NCBI RefSeq assembly: GCF_009914755.1
Contig: NC_060937.1
Origin: the human T2T-CHM13v2.0 reference genome, Homo sapiens
Reading direction: 5' to 3' (one strand)
DNA: 64,000 bases
The position numbers were made by a program, and so were the translations under genes. Shown one piece after another: positions 30,642 to 44,216 of the stretch (its first letter is position 1; each line of letters starts with the position of its first letter). The notes below the pieces were generated by a model. That model searched no databases, had not been told where the DNA came from, and worked only from the letters and a program-made list of their open reading frames with translations.

Positions 30642-30674
<33 letters not shown>
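30642..30674 (+). repeat. (TG)16 microsatellite
   Basis: Counted directly. Confidence 0.95.
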
Positions 30675-30676
<2 letters not shown>

Positions 30677-30769
30677 ATAAGTATGGACAAAGAAAGTTAA
30701 CAAACCTATATATCCTTAACAAAACCTCATTTATTTGTTTCTTTTTTACATTATTAGTAGCTGTTCTGT

Positions 30770-30772
<3 letters not shown>

Positions 30773-30805
<33 letters not shown>
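30773..30805 (+). repeat. (CA)16 microsatellite
   Basis: Counted directly. Confidence 0.95.
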
Positions 30806-30807
<2 letters not shown>

Positions 30808-30984
30808 ATACAAAATAAATCACGCCTGTCCTACCATCCTGAGGCCACACGGTCAGGATTTTTCTCACACATAAGTCCTAGATTTGTTTTGAAATCCAGT
30901 TTTTATATTGTGAATTTCTTCACAATGGAAATGGGTCAAATGCAGAGAACTGCCCTAAGTGACTTTGAAAGAAGTCATATATGA

Positions 30985-31200
30985 GGTACTAGTGAGATGA
31001 ACTCCAGCTTGTAATGAGGCAGTACTGGGTTCCAATTCTCCCTCCAATGCTGACTGACGGTATTTAACCTCCTCAAACCTCAGTGTTTATACTGGTGAAA
31101 CAGAGACAATAATGGATCGATTACATAGATTACATATCAAAACCAGGTAAAGTGCCCTGCTTAAACCGAGTACACAATATGACCTTGCTTGTATTGTTTA
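30985..31200 (+). mobile_element. MIR
   Basis: tttaacctcctcaaacctcagtgtttatactggtgaaac core. Confidence 0.6.
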
Positions 31201-31619
31201 CTTCACTTTCCTACTACATTCAGGGTCCCCAGCCTGGCAGCAAACCCCAGCGGGCTTGTGCCTCATCAGCAGAGAGTCCACTCCTCCACCCTCCTCCTTT
31301 CCAAGGGAGGTTTGGAGGGGTGCTTCCAAATGTTATGGTGAAATTCTGAATTTGGGGGTCCCCAGATATGAATATTACCTGCATAAGAGCTGAGAACACT
31401 AAATTGGTGATCTACAACTCAGAGTGGGAAGGAGTAGGGAGGTTGGCGATTTCTAAGCTGCTGGAAAATGAAGGTGTAAGGCTGAGCTCACTATTTATTA
31501 CAACTACCGGCTGGAAACCAGAGCTGAGGTTTTGTTGACCTCCCAGAGTCAACAGCTCCAACCCTGCCCTTTATTGAATTTTCTGTATTGGAGTCTTTCA
31601 TTTATTTTTTAAGATCTGT

Positions 31620-32151
31620 TCTTTTTATTTTAGTTATTATTATTATTTTGGAGATGGGGGTCTCAGTATGTTACCCAGGCTGGTCTCGAACTCCTGGGCT
31701 CAAGTGATTCTCCCACCTTGGCCTCCTGAGTAGCTGGGACTACAAGCACATGCCACTTGTATTAGTCCATTCTCACACTGTTATAAAGAATTGCCTGAGA
31801 CTGGGTAATTTATACAGAAAAGAGGCTTAATTGGCTCACAGTTCCACATTGCTGGGGAAGCCTCAGGAAACTTATAATCATGGCAGAAGGCAAAGGAGAA
31901 GCAGTCACCTTCTTCACAGGATGGCAGGATGGAGTGAGTGCAAGCAGGGGAAATGCCAGATGCTTATAAAATCATCAGATCTCGTGAGAACTCACTCACT
32001 ATCATGAGAAATGCACTGTGGAAACTGCCCAATGACCCAGTTACCTCCACCTGGTCCCACCCTTGACACGTGGGGATTATGGAGATTACAATTTTGGATG
32101 AGATTTGGGTGGGGACACAAAGCCAAACCATATCACCACTGCACCCTGGCC
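31620..32151 (-). mobile_element. FLAM_A monomer split by a THE1D LTR
   Basis: 31649-31757 plus 32141-32151 rejoin to ...actacaagcacatgccactgcaccctggcc. Confidence 0.8.
31758..32135 (-). mobile_element. THE1D-like solo LTR
   Basis: tgtattagtccattctcac...aaaccatatca. 5-bp TSD ccact at 31753-31757 and 32136-32140. Confidence 0.92.
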
Positions 32152-35100
32152 CTGGGTATCTCATTTAAATAAATAAGATTCTTTAGCTAAAAAAAAAAAA
32201 AAAAAAGTTCAGAAATAACAGCTGTAAACAATATTATTGTTATAAAGAATTTCAGAAACTTGAAAGCATTTCTTTTGTGAACTGTTTAATAACGTTCATG
32301 GATATTGTCGTCTTCTGAGTCCTTAGATGATGTTCCAATATGCTGTCTGCCTGGTATTTTTTTATAGATCCCATTAGAGTTCACCCTCGCTCTCTATGTT
32401 AATATCATTTGTGTGTGGTTTTGACTATATTTCTTTTTTAAAGAAGGGTGGCTTTAACTATACCTGGTGTTTTCCAACATTTATGTGATTGGCTCTTTTG
32501 GTTTTCTCCCTTTATCCTCTTTGATGATGCCAACGGACACTTTGGACAAAAATATGAGACATGTGTTTTTGGAAAAAGTTGTATGGTATAGAAGAAAATT
32601 TTATGCATGAATACTATATGAAAAAAAGCATGGTAGCATCCTATGACACCATCTCGATTCTGTAATATTTAGTGATCTCTCAGACTTACAGTACACACGC
32701 ATCTTGTACTTTACAGATGCAAGTACTCAGTAAACTGGCTTTTTGGACAGAATGAATTAATCATATCACTATAGAGTGGGATTTTGACTGACTCACATGT
32801 TGTTTCACAGACCATTCAGTATTTTTCAAATTTTCTGTAGTGAATATGCAGAATTGTTGGAAAAGAATATAATTTTACAGAGATCTTTTCTAATTCCCCA
32901 GATAATTAAATCACAACTACATTTCTTAGAAATCATGTCTATTTTATTCATGGAACCATGCTTTTCATAACACCTAAGTTCTTTTTCTCACATCTGCTTA
33001 AGGTCTTTGCTAGATTAGAAACAACTAGAGGTCAGAAATGAAATCTTCTGCTCTTGTTAAATTACCCCTACTTAAGAGGTGTTCAAAATGTCAGGTGACC
33101 TACTCAGCTGTGTCAGAATGAGAACAAAGATGATCAAGTATTAATAAATAGCTCTTCCCTCAACCCATCCAATTTATAGTATCTGTTGAAATCAATCCTC
33201 CACTATAATATGAAAAAACAAAAAAAATTATAAAATCCACTTTGACCAAGCTCTTATTAAATCGATAGTAGTGATATTGATGTGGTAAAAGTTTTAAGCA
33301 TGAAAAGAAGTGATGGTCTGATTTTTTTTATCAGGATACTAAAATATATACAATTCTGGCATTTCCGACATTTAATTCAGAGAATTTTATTTGTATGCTA
33401 CAGCTAGATAATAAATAATTAAACTAACTTTGATATATGCCGTACAACATAGTTAATTAAATGCCAACAGCACCTTTTAACCTCAAAATATGTTTTTCTC
33501 TCCTTAGGTCCTGTCTTGGTGCCTAAAATTCTTACCAAATTAAGGCAATATTTGTGGGGTTAAACTCAACATCTGTAGTAGGCTAGTAGGCTGCTATTAA
33601 AATGCAAATACAGTTCATGAGACGGGAACCATTAATACATTAGCTTCTACTAATATCTTAAGCTTGATACAAGTATCAGATTAGTTCATGGACAAGGCAA
33701 GAGCAACACTGTGAGCATAGGGAAAAGAAAAGACAAATTTTAATGACACCACAGAAGGAATCTGGGACACAGAGAGATTGCTATAGCTCAGATGTGGTTG
33801 GAGAATTCTGGGTAACCAAGGATCAGCATAGACCTCTGGTTGGTTAGAGACCTCAAAATGCTTAGGTTCCAGAGCCTGAAGATAGTTTTCTCAGTAAGAG
33901 GCATCACGGACTCCCCATAGGCAGATAGATGCACACACATTTCTGTCTTGCTACAGGGCAGCCTGTTTCACAATTCCATGTTGTTACAGCTGTTCTCTTT
34001 TTTGGAACAGAACTGGTCTATTGTGGAAAGTACCAGAGACAAGGATATGTGGTCAGTGCTTTTTCTCAAGCCCAAGAAATGCAAAGTGTTAACTGGAGTA
34101 GGCGGAGTCTCTGAGTCCCAGGGCTTCTTTCTGCACCTAGTGAGAGAACAGTAATACTCCTCACTCCTCCTTACACACAAGGAAAATTCCTCCTGGAAGA
34201 ATAAGAGGTGCGCCAATTTGCTAATATACAGCTACCAGTAATGTTAACAATACTCTCCAAGTAATGAAGTAAGATAATATGACCAAACTGAAACCTCAGA
34301 TGAACTCCCAGGAAAAGATGTTCATGTGTCGGAGAGAAGCTGAAAGTTGTTGTGAGAGCAACTTGGCAGAATCTGAAGTATACACAGAAGAGCTGAAGGT
34401 GCTTCTTAAAAGAGCAATGCTAGCTGGGGAGATGGAAGCACAAAGGAGGTTTTAATCATCAAGTGACTCTGAGAAAGCATCAGAAGAAAGAAAAAGCGTT
34501 TTGAGTAAAATAGAATACGTAGACACACACTGACGTGAATGCCCAGTCGAGGGGCAGATGAGAGTCACAGCTCCCACTCCCAAATGCAACCTCATCACAA
34601 AATCACACCTGAGAGAGCAATGGGGAAATGACGGTTAACCAACCAATTTTCTGATGTCTACCCTGCAGGGAGCTGTATACTTTCTTTTGTTTTCTTCACG
34701 TTGGGTTGCTCTTAAATCAAATGCAGTGTTTCAGCTATTGCTAAGACGCTGGACATATTGTCTGGCAAATGAACGGGTCCTTTGCCAAGTAACCGGAGCT
34801 CACTCTTGCTAAAGGAAGAACATTGTTCACTAAAATAGTTTCTCTTTTGATGCCAAAGGAAATCGAATTGTAATCAAGGGCTGAGAACGGACTGAAGTCA
34901 TCAAGGCTGTCTTGCTTCAGATTTGGCAAACTTACATGTTCCCAGGCTTATGAAATATAATTTACATTTACAAAAGGGAGAGGCTTCATTACACTGGAAA
35001 TTTGTTTTAAATAATGCCGAAGTGAACCACTGATGGAACAGCCAGCATCAAAATCCATGGTGGCTCCCACGGATCCGCAGGATCTACCAGGCGGCACAGA

Positions 35101-35461
35101 TAAGCAGGAATTTAGGTTTTGTTGAAAGAACCCAACAAAGAGAGAAGGCCTCTAAGTAAATTATGAAGCCTTTCTATTAATATCACCATGTTGAACTATC
35201 TCAGAGACACCACTGTGGGTTCTTGTTTTTGTTTATCTGGTTTGGCTCTTATTTTTGTTTTGAAGGCAGTGGGTATAGGAGTATATAGAGTGAGAGGGCA
35301 TACACTTTTATTTGTAGATCCATGATTTCCTCGCATTGCCCTAATGATTTATTCAAATTTCAAGTAAATCTCATTTAATTCACGCACCAAGGTTTTGAAG
35401 TTACACTTGCTACATTTGAGGAACCAAGAATTAAGGCTTATATGGTTAAATAATTTACCCA

Positions 35462-35878
<417 letters not shown>

Positions 35879-38223
35879 CTATGCTTGATATAAAGGTCAA
35901 GAAAGGAAAAAAATTGAGTGAAAATTCTTTATATCCACCATTGAGTTTTCCTCGAGAGCTGTCATGTCCAGAAAGGCCACTTTTGCCCTTATAAAATAAA
36001 GCAGAGAACTGAGGCAATTTATTCACTGCCTCCAAATAATCTTTCTCTGTCCTGTCTTTTGGGGAGCATAGGGCATTAGGTTGGCCTCAGTCATCTGCAG
36101 GATGCTGCTCCATTTTCCTTTGCCTTCTGGACATGGCCATAAGCAATCATAGTGACAGCAATACTTTGAACCAAATAACACAGTGAGTCAAGTAATTTGT
36201 CTTGAATAGATAAGGCTTTGGAATATGCAAATTTAGAGATCATCTTCCAGGTCAGGTAACTAAATTCCCACACCTGGTAAGAATAGAGAATGTAAAACAC
36301 AGAAAGTAACAAGAATTTCTTATCACCTGCTATATACAGAGGAGAAGGCATTTCCAGATTTTAGTGATGAATCCAGTGATATCTAATTTTTTAAGTATTT
36401 ATTTTTGTATAAAAAGTAGCATTAATTTTTGTAAAATGGAAAATGATGGAGATGATTGTTTTCTTTCGTCTTTTAAAAATGATAACCGGTTGGCCTCTAA
36501 ATCTTTTAAGTTAATGTAATATTCATCAAAGTGATAAAAAAAGGTTAACTAATGCAATTATTAGATTATGTGGAAGTCACAGGGTATGCTACAAGCTTGG
36601 GCTTATCAGCTCCAGTTTTATTTATTTCTTTTAATTTAACTAGATTTCATTTAGCACTGTACCACACTTGGAGACATTATTCACTAAGCTAAGAAAAGAC
36701 AACAAAAAATGCCTTGAGGACTAATGGGCCAGGATGTTTTGGTTTAATATCATAACAAGTTTCTATATGGAGCCGTTTTGCTCGTTGGCATGGAGTCATG
36801 AGTGTCCAATGCACGCTGCCGTTAAACTCAGTCCTTTACATAAGCGTCTGACTGCCAAGCTGTCCTCTGCCCTTCACCCGGCAGCTTTGGAGTATTTTGG
36901 TTAGCAGAGCCAATGCACTTTCCTCCACATAAAGGGAATTACGATTCCACTGGAGGCTCAAAGGGGAAAATTAAAGTCATCAAAAAACTCTGATTCAAGT
37001 AGGCATTTTCCTTGAAAATGTGAAGCACGCTTTGATTCACCCCCATCTCTTGCTGAGGGTGCTACAGAGGAGATGCGTTTGGCTCTCCATCCGAGAGGAA
37101 TCTTTTAGGTTGGTTAATTCCACCCTCCACAAAAACAAAGGGATACAGTTTTTTGGCAGAAGGAGGTGAGAAGAACATGCAAAGTAGGGCATGAAATTTA
37201 AACAGGAATTCTCTGCAGCTGTTGTCAAATGGAATAAAAACAGCGTCACAAAGAAGGCAACTAAGGAAGCAGAGGTTAAATGTGAAAGAGCCCAAACTGG
37301 TGATGGTCCGAGGGATGCCTAGGTAGAACCGGAACCACTCAGCTTCCTTCTGAGGGACACCGCTGACCCCTCCTGTTGGAGGAGGCCCTGGACCACGGCT
37401 GCTGGCCTTTGATCAAACGGCAACATCCTCTGAGCGTGCACCCCTCTGCCAGGCCTGGCAGCTTCTTGGAGAAGAAGATGAGTAATTTTTCCTTAATGAT
37501 GGAAACATTCTCTCCATGTCTTCTTTCAAAGTTTATGGACAATGATTGCATTTTATGATAATGAGAACAAAGTGCATCACTGTGAATGTGAGGAGTATTT
37601 TCCCCCTTGGCAAAACAATTGTTTTACACCTTTCCATGTGTTGCATCCTCGGGAAAGACACTCTGGCATAGATTTCCCCAAAGAAAATCTTTGTTCAGAT
37701 AAACTTTAATAATAGAAGAGCATACTTGAGAAACAAAAACCCTCACTGTTTTTAGAAGTCCTTTAATAGCTTTAATGTCTAACCAAGAAAGAGCCGGGAA
37801 ACTCTACCATCACAAGCAGATATTTGCTAGGACTTTTTTTCTTTGAGTTTATTAAATAAAGATTAGCCCTATAATCCTAAAATGTCCCCACAGTTAAGCT
37901 GGTGGTTGTTTCCCATTATACAGGCAGTAGTGTGATAGTGGTTTTACTGGATAATGCCATTATTATATATTTTAAAATACAGCATAGTATCATTATTGTT
38001 TGTATTCACAATCAGCACCTGGAGCCATAACCTGTCTTATAATCATTAGAATTCAAACAGTTGCAATAGCACTTCCTTTGAATCATGATCTAATACGAGA
38101 AACAATACAAGGCAAATAAATAGATTTCCTCCTCTTGGGCGACTTGAATATTCCCCATTGTGTGTGTCTTCACTGGCATTGAAAACTGGGAAACATTTGA
38201 CAAAAGGTTTCTCTCACTTCCAG

Positions 38224-38351
38224 ATTAGAAGTCTCTTTCTCACTATTCTTTGTCTCTCAGATAAGTTCATATACTTTTCCCCCTTTTCAACTAAGACCAT
38301 GACTAAGTTCAGAGGGTCTCACCACCTAAGTGTGCAGCAATTGTTGGATTG
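38224..38351 (+). ncRNA. Candidate non-coding exon
   Basis: Acceptors ttctctcacttccag| (38223) or ttctttgtctctcag| (38260) and donor ttg|gtgagt. Confidence 0.35.
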
Positions 38352-38551
38352 GTGAGTGGTGTTCCGGACTGGTGGGGAATCCCTTGTAAATGTCAGTTTG
38401 CTATTTTCATTGAATGGATTGGTTCATTTTGGCATCTGTGGTTGAACAAAAAGATGAAAGTCGAGGGCCAAGATATGGACTTTGTGTATTGTTATTGGGC
38501 CACTAAGAAGTAAGAGCGTCAAATGAGCCCTGTTTTCTGTTTTGCCTGCAG

Positions 38552-38821
38552 GGGAAAACTTCCTGCCCTCCTTCCTGAGATCAGAGAGACGAGTTTTCAG
38601 GAATCCCTCCCCAGGGTTTGCCTGTGTACTCTGTGCATGGTGGAAGTGGAGAAGAGTGATCCAGCTTCCTTCAGTGGGACCCTCCTCACCCATCCTGATG
38701 GGTAGATACAAGATGCCGCCATAGGGGCTGCCCTCGGACAGAGCCAAGGAGAACATTGACTCATTCGTCGTGTGCAGACCTTTGCGGAAGATGCCGATGT
38801 GCTCAAGGCATGCTCCTTCAT
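38552..38821 (+). ncRNA. Candidate non-coding exon
   Basis: Strong acceptor ctgttttctgttttgcctgcag|g, GC/CpG-richer body, moderate donor cat|gtgagg. Confidence 0.35.
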
Positions 38822-39029
38822 GTGAGGGGTGACATCACTGCCTAATTTACACTCATGCCAGGCCTAAATGACCTCATCACAGAAAGGCGATTGTCTTGGC
38901 TCCTACTACATGGCACAATTCTTTTCCTGAACATTCCTGATCATACTCTGTGCACTTCCTCATCCCTGCCTTTGTTATTTCCCCCTACCCCTGGAACACA
39001 GTTTGACAAACATCAATTCCATTTTCTTG

Positions 39030-39091
39030 TGAAGGCAAGTTAATTTTCAGACTCTCAGTGTCTTCATCTCTAAAACGAAGGGTTATCTGTG

Positions 39092-39150
<59 letters not shown>

Positions 39151-39335
39151 TTCCTCATGGGTGTCTGGAGGGGAGCTGAAATGAAAGGGTGGAGGTATCT
39201 GGATCCCAGGGCTGCTTCCTTTTATCTGCCCTACATATTGCTAAAATCGCTTTTGAAAAATAGGCCCCACTGCTTTTAAATTACTGAACTAGATAGTATC
39301 GCAGGCTTCTTTGGCTATAAAATTCTGTGATTCTA
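39030..39335 (+). mobile_element. MIR/MIR3 hosting the CTG repeat
   Basis: ggcaagttaa..ctcagtgtcttcatctctaaaa before the repeat, cctcatggg..gaaatga after it, and a MIR3-like tail aaattctgtgattcta. Confidence 0.55.
39092..39148 (+). repeat. (CTA)1(CTG)18 trinucleotide repeat
   Basis: Pure CTG run 39095-39148 (54 bp). Confidence 0.98.
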
Positions 39336-41390
39336 GCATTCCCGGGAGTGAGGATTCAAACTGACCTGCAAGGATAATCCTAAGGCATTCAGCCTTCAAA
39401 GCCCTCAGCGCTGCCTCCCTAACCCTTATGGGAACTTCCATGGGACATCCAGGGTCATCTGACATCTGATTTCATTCTAGCTTGCAGCCTTATCTTTTCA
39501 AATGGCTTGACAATGTAGTCAAACTAGACCCTCTCTAAATTTCAAACCAACTGATACTTTCTGCTCTAGGTCTTTGTTGATACTATACTCTGCTCAAAAT
39601 CATATGCATCCTACAAGATTCATCTCAAAAACTAAATATTATATCTACCACACTTACCGTATTTTGCTATGTGGTATTCTTGTTTGTTTGTTTTCTGAGT
39701 GAACAATTCAGGAGCTGTGAGTACATTCACAGCCTTATGCAACCATCACCACTACCTAATTCCGGAACATTTTCATCACCCCACAAAGAAATCCTGGGCC
39801 CATTAGTAATCACTTCCCATTCTCCCCTGTACCCCGCCTCTGGCCACCACTAATCTACTTTCTGTCTCTGTGAATTTGTCTATTTTGGACATTTCATATA
39901 AATGGAATTATACAATGTGTGACCATGTGTAAGGATTTTCTCACTTATCATGATGTAAACTTTGAAAAAGTTTCATCCATGTTGTTGCATGGATAAATGC
40001 TTTACTTTTAAAATTGATACTATTTTATTGTATGAATAGACCATATTTTATTTGTTCATTTATCAAATATTTGGGTTATTTTTAATTTCTGGCTATTGTG
40101 AATAATGCTGCTATGAATATCCATTCTGTGAACATATATTTTCGATTCTCTTGGGTACCTAAGAGTGGAATTGCTGGGTTATGTGGTACCCATGTTTAAG
40201 TTTTTGAGGAACTGTCAAACTCTTTTCCACAGTTGCTGAACCATTTTACATCCCCACTAGGAATGTAAGAGAGTTCTGATTTTCGTACATCCCTGACAAC
40301 ACTTTTTATTTTCCATCTTTTGAATTATAGTCATCATAGTGGGTGCCAAGTGGTAACACATTGTGATTTGGTTTGCATTTCCCTAATGACTACTGATGAG
40401 CATCTCTTCACATACTTATAGGCTAGTTGCATATCTTCTTTGGAGAAATGTCTGTTCATATCTTTTGGCCATTTTAAATTGGGTTATTTGTATTTTTATT
40501 GTTGAGCCATAAGGTTCTTTACATATTCTCTGTGAAAGAAACTTATCAGGCTTATCATGTACAGATATGTTCTCCCATTGTCTGGTTCATATTTTCACTT
40601 GCTTCATAAAGTTATCTGATACATAAAAGTGTTTAATTTTTATGAAGTCTAACTGATCCTTTCTTCTGTTGCCTGTGCTTTGGTGTTATATCTAAGAAAC
40701 CATTGCCTAACCTAAGTTCATGAAGATTTAAGCTTATAAGTTTTCTTCTAAGAGTTTCATAATTTATGTCTTACATTTATGTGTTTGACTTCAGTTAAAT
40801 TTTTTAATATCATACAGAGATCCAACTTTATTATCCAGAATGTGGACATACGGTTGTCGCAGCACCATTTATTGAAAAGACTGTTCCACATTGAATATTC
40901 TTGGCACCCTTGTTCATAATCAATTAATTACAAATGTAAGTGTTTATCTTTGGGCTGAATTCTTTTCCATTGATTTATATGTCTATCTTTATGCCAATAC
41001 CTCAACTGTCTTATTTACTATACTTCTGTATTAAATTATGAATTTGAGAAATGTGAACTCTCCAACTTTGTTCTTTGTTTTCAAGATTGTTTTGGCTATC
41101 GTGGTTGCCTTGCATTTCCATATGAATTTCAGGATCAGTTTGTCAATTTCTACCAAAAAAACCAACTGGAATTTTGATAAGCACTGCCTTGAATTTGTAG
41201 ATCAAGTAGGAGAGATTTGCATTCTGAACTATATTGTCATTTGATTCATAAACATGGTATGTGTTTCTCTTTATTTAGATTTTTATGATATCTTTCAACA
41301 ATGTTTCATAGCTTTTAGTTTATAAGTCTTACACTTTGTTAAATTTACTTCTAGGTATTTTATTTTTCTGATGGTGTTTGAAGTGGAATA

Positions 41391-41674
41391 CCATTGATCC
41401 TTAAACAACATGGGTTTGAACAGTGTGAGTCCACTTGTACTCAGATTTTTTTTCAACAAATACTGTTGGCCCTCTGTACTGACAGGTTTTTGCCTTCACA
41501 ACCAAACACATTGAAAATACAGTATTCATGTGATGTGAAACCCATGTATATGAAGGGCCAATTTTTTTATATCCATGGGTTCTGCAAGGCCACTGCAACA
41601 CTTGAATATTTGTGGATTTGAATATTCACTGGCAGTCCTGGAACGAATCTCCTGCAGATACCAAGGGACAACTG
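41391..41674 (+). mobile_element. TcMar-Tigger MITE (MER8/Tigger2-3 type)
   Basis: Terminal repeats ccattgatccttaaacaacatgggtttgaac ... ataccaagggacaactg, TA at 41389-41390. The host L1 rejoins across it. Confidence 0.8.
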
Positions 41675-43816
41675 CAGTTTTCTTAATTTCACTTTCAGAT
41701 TATTCACTGTTAGTGTATAGAAATACAATTAATATTTGTATATTGATCTTGTGGCTTACAAACTAGCTGGTCTCATTTATTAGTTCTCATGTCATCTAAA
41801 GAATAGAGATCGTTTTACCTCTTTCTTTCCAATCTGGATGCTTTTTAAATCTTCCTGCCTAATTTTGCTGGCTAACACCTCCAGGACAATGTTGATTAAA
41901 TGTGGCAAGAGTAGGCATCTTTGTCTTATTTTTCATCTGAGTGATAGAACTTTAATTTGTTCACAGTTAAGTACAATGTCATTTGTCTTTTTTCGTAGTT
42001 GTCCTTTATCAGGTTGTGGAAGGTGGAAGTTTTCTTCTGTTCCTCTTCGTTAAATGTTTCATCATGGGAGAAACTGTCCAGTGCTTTTTCTGCTTGTGTG
42101 CTTTTTTCATCTTTTATTCTGTAATATATTACTTTGATAATTTGTATATTGAACTAACCTTGCATTCCTGGCATATATTTCATTTTCTTCATGGTGCATA
42201 ACCCCTTTAATATGATGCTGAATTGCATTTGTAAGTATGCTGTTGAGGATTTTTGTGTCTATGTTCATAATGGATACTAGAGTGTGATTCTCCTTTCTTG
42301 TCATATCTTTGTCTGATTTTATTATTAGGGTAATATTGGCCTCAGAGAATAGTTGGGATGTTTTCTTTCTTGTTATTTTTCAGAAGATTTTGTAAAGGAT
42401 TGGTATTAATTCTTCTCTAAATATTTGGTATGATTCACCAGTGAAGGTATCTGGGCTTGCACTTTTCAAGTGCAAAATTTCAAGGGAAGAGATTAATGGT
42501 ACACACTTCAAGGGAAGTATTAGAATTTCTAATTCAATCTCTTTACTTGCTATAGATCTATTCAAATTTTCAATTTCTTTAATGATGTTTGGTAGTTTAT
42601 ATCTTTCTAGTAATTTGTCAGTTTTATTTAGTTGCCTGATATGTTTGTACAGCTGTCCATAATATTCTCTTATAATCTCTTTTATTTCTGTGAAGTTGAT
42701 AGTAATGACTTTTTTATTTTTTTATTCTCAGTTTTAATTATTTGATTCTTATCTCTTTTTGCTTTTTTAGACTAGCTAAAGGGTTGCTAATTTTGTTGCT
42801 CTTCTCAAAGAACCAATTTTTGGTTTTATTGATTTTTTTATATATTTTTTTCTGTACAGTCATTTACTTCTGCTGTAACTATTACTATTTCCTTTTTAAG
42901 TTTCCTATTATTTTACTAGTTAAAGTGAAAGGTTTTAATATTTACATGAGATTTTTAGTCTCTTTTAATGTAAGTATTTATTGCTGTAGATTTTCTTCTA
43001 AACTTTGGTTACACCCTATAAATTTTGATGTCTTCATTATCATTCTTCTAAAAGCATTTTATTATTTCACTTATGATTTCCTCTTTGACCAGCTGGTTAT
43101 TTAGAAATATGTAGTTTAACTTTCACATACTTGTGAATTCCCCAAATTTCCTTCTGCTATTTATTTCTAATTTCATTCAATTGTGTTTGGAGGGTATATT
43201 TCACATGATTTCAATCATTTTAAAATTATCAAGACTTTTTTTATGACTGAACATATTACACATGCACTTGAAAAAAGTGTGTATTGTGCTGTTATTCGGT
43301 AGACTGTTGTATGGAAGTCTTTTAGGTTTAGTTGGGCTATAGTGTTTTCAAAATCTAGTATTTCATTGTTGACCTTCTGTCTAGTTCTTCTATCTGTTAT
43401 TGAAGTCTTAAAATTATTTTTGAATGTTTATTTGTTCCTTGAAATCTGTTAATTTTTACTTCATGTATTTTGAGGCTCTGTTGTTAGGTGCATGCATGTT
43501 TATAATTGTTACTTTTTCTTGATGTATTGATCCCTTTATCATTATAAGTTTTCTCTTCCTGTAGTATCAATTTTTAAGGCTATTTTGGCTGAAACAGAAA
43601 CTCCACCTTTTTTTGGTTACTGTTTACATGATATATACTTTTCCATCATTTTAATTTCAACATCTTTGGTTTTTTTTATCTAATGTGTGTCTCTTGAAGA
43701 CAGGATATAGTTAGATCTCTTTTTAAAAATTAATTTTGCCTGTCTCTGCCTTTTGACTGGTATTTAATCCATTTTCATTTAGTGCAATGGCTAATAAGAT
43801 AGAATTAATGCCTTCT

Positions 43817-44216
43817 TGTATTAGTTTTCTAGGGCTACCATGAGAAAACACCACAGACTGGATGGCTTGAACAACAAAAATTTATCTTCCTAGAGTTCTG
43901 GTTGCTAGAAATCCAAGGCAAAGATGTGGGTAGGTTTGGTTTCTTCTGAGGCCAGTCTTCTTGGCTTGCAGATGACCATCTTCTCTGTATGTCCTCACAT
44001 GGTCTTTCTTTCTGCATACACAACCTGATGTCTCCTTTGTGTTTCCTAATTTTTTCTTTTTATAAAGATACCAATTAGATTGGGTAATGAGAACCTATCC
44101 TAATTGCCTCATTTTAATGTAATCTTTTTTTTAAGTCATATCTCCTAATACTGACATACTGAGGGTTAGCATTTCAACACAGAATTTTTTTAGAGAACTA
44201 GATTCATTCCATAGCA
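43817..44216 (-). mobile_element. MLT1B-like solo LTR
   Basis: tgtattagttttctagggct...cacagactggatggcttgaacaac...cattccatagca. Confidence 0.85.

Noticed and set aside
39058-39279. Poly-alanine ORF
   Set aside because: Simply the CTG repeat read in the GCT frame from a GTG start within a MIR.
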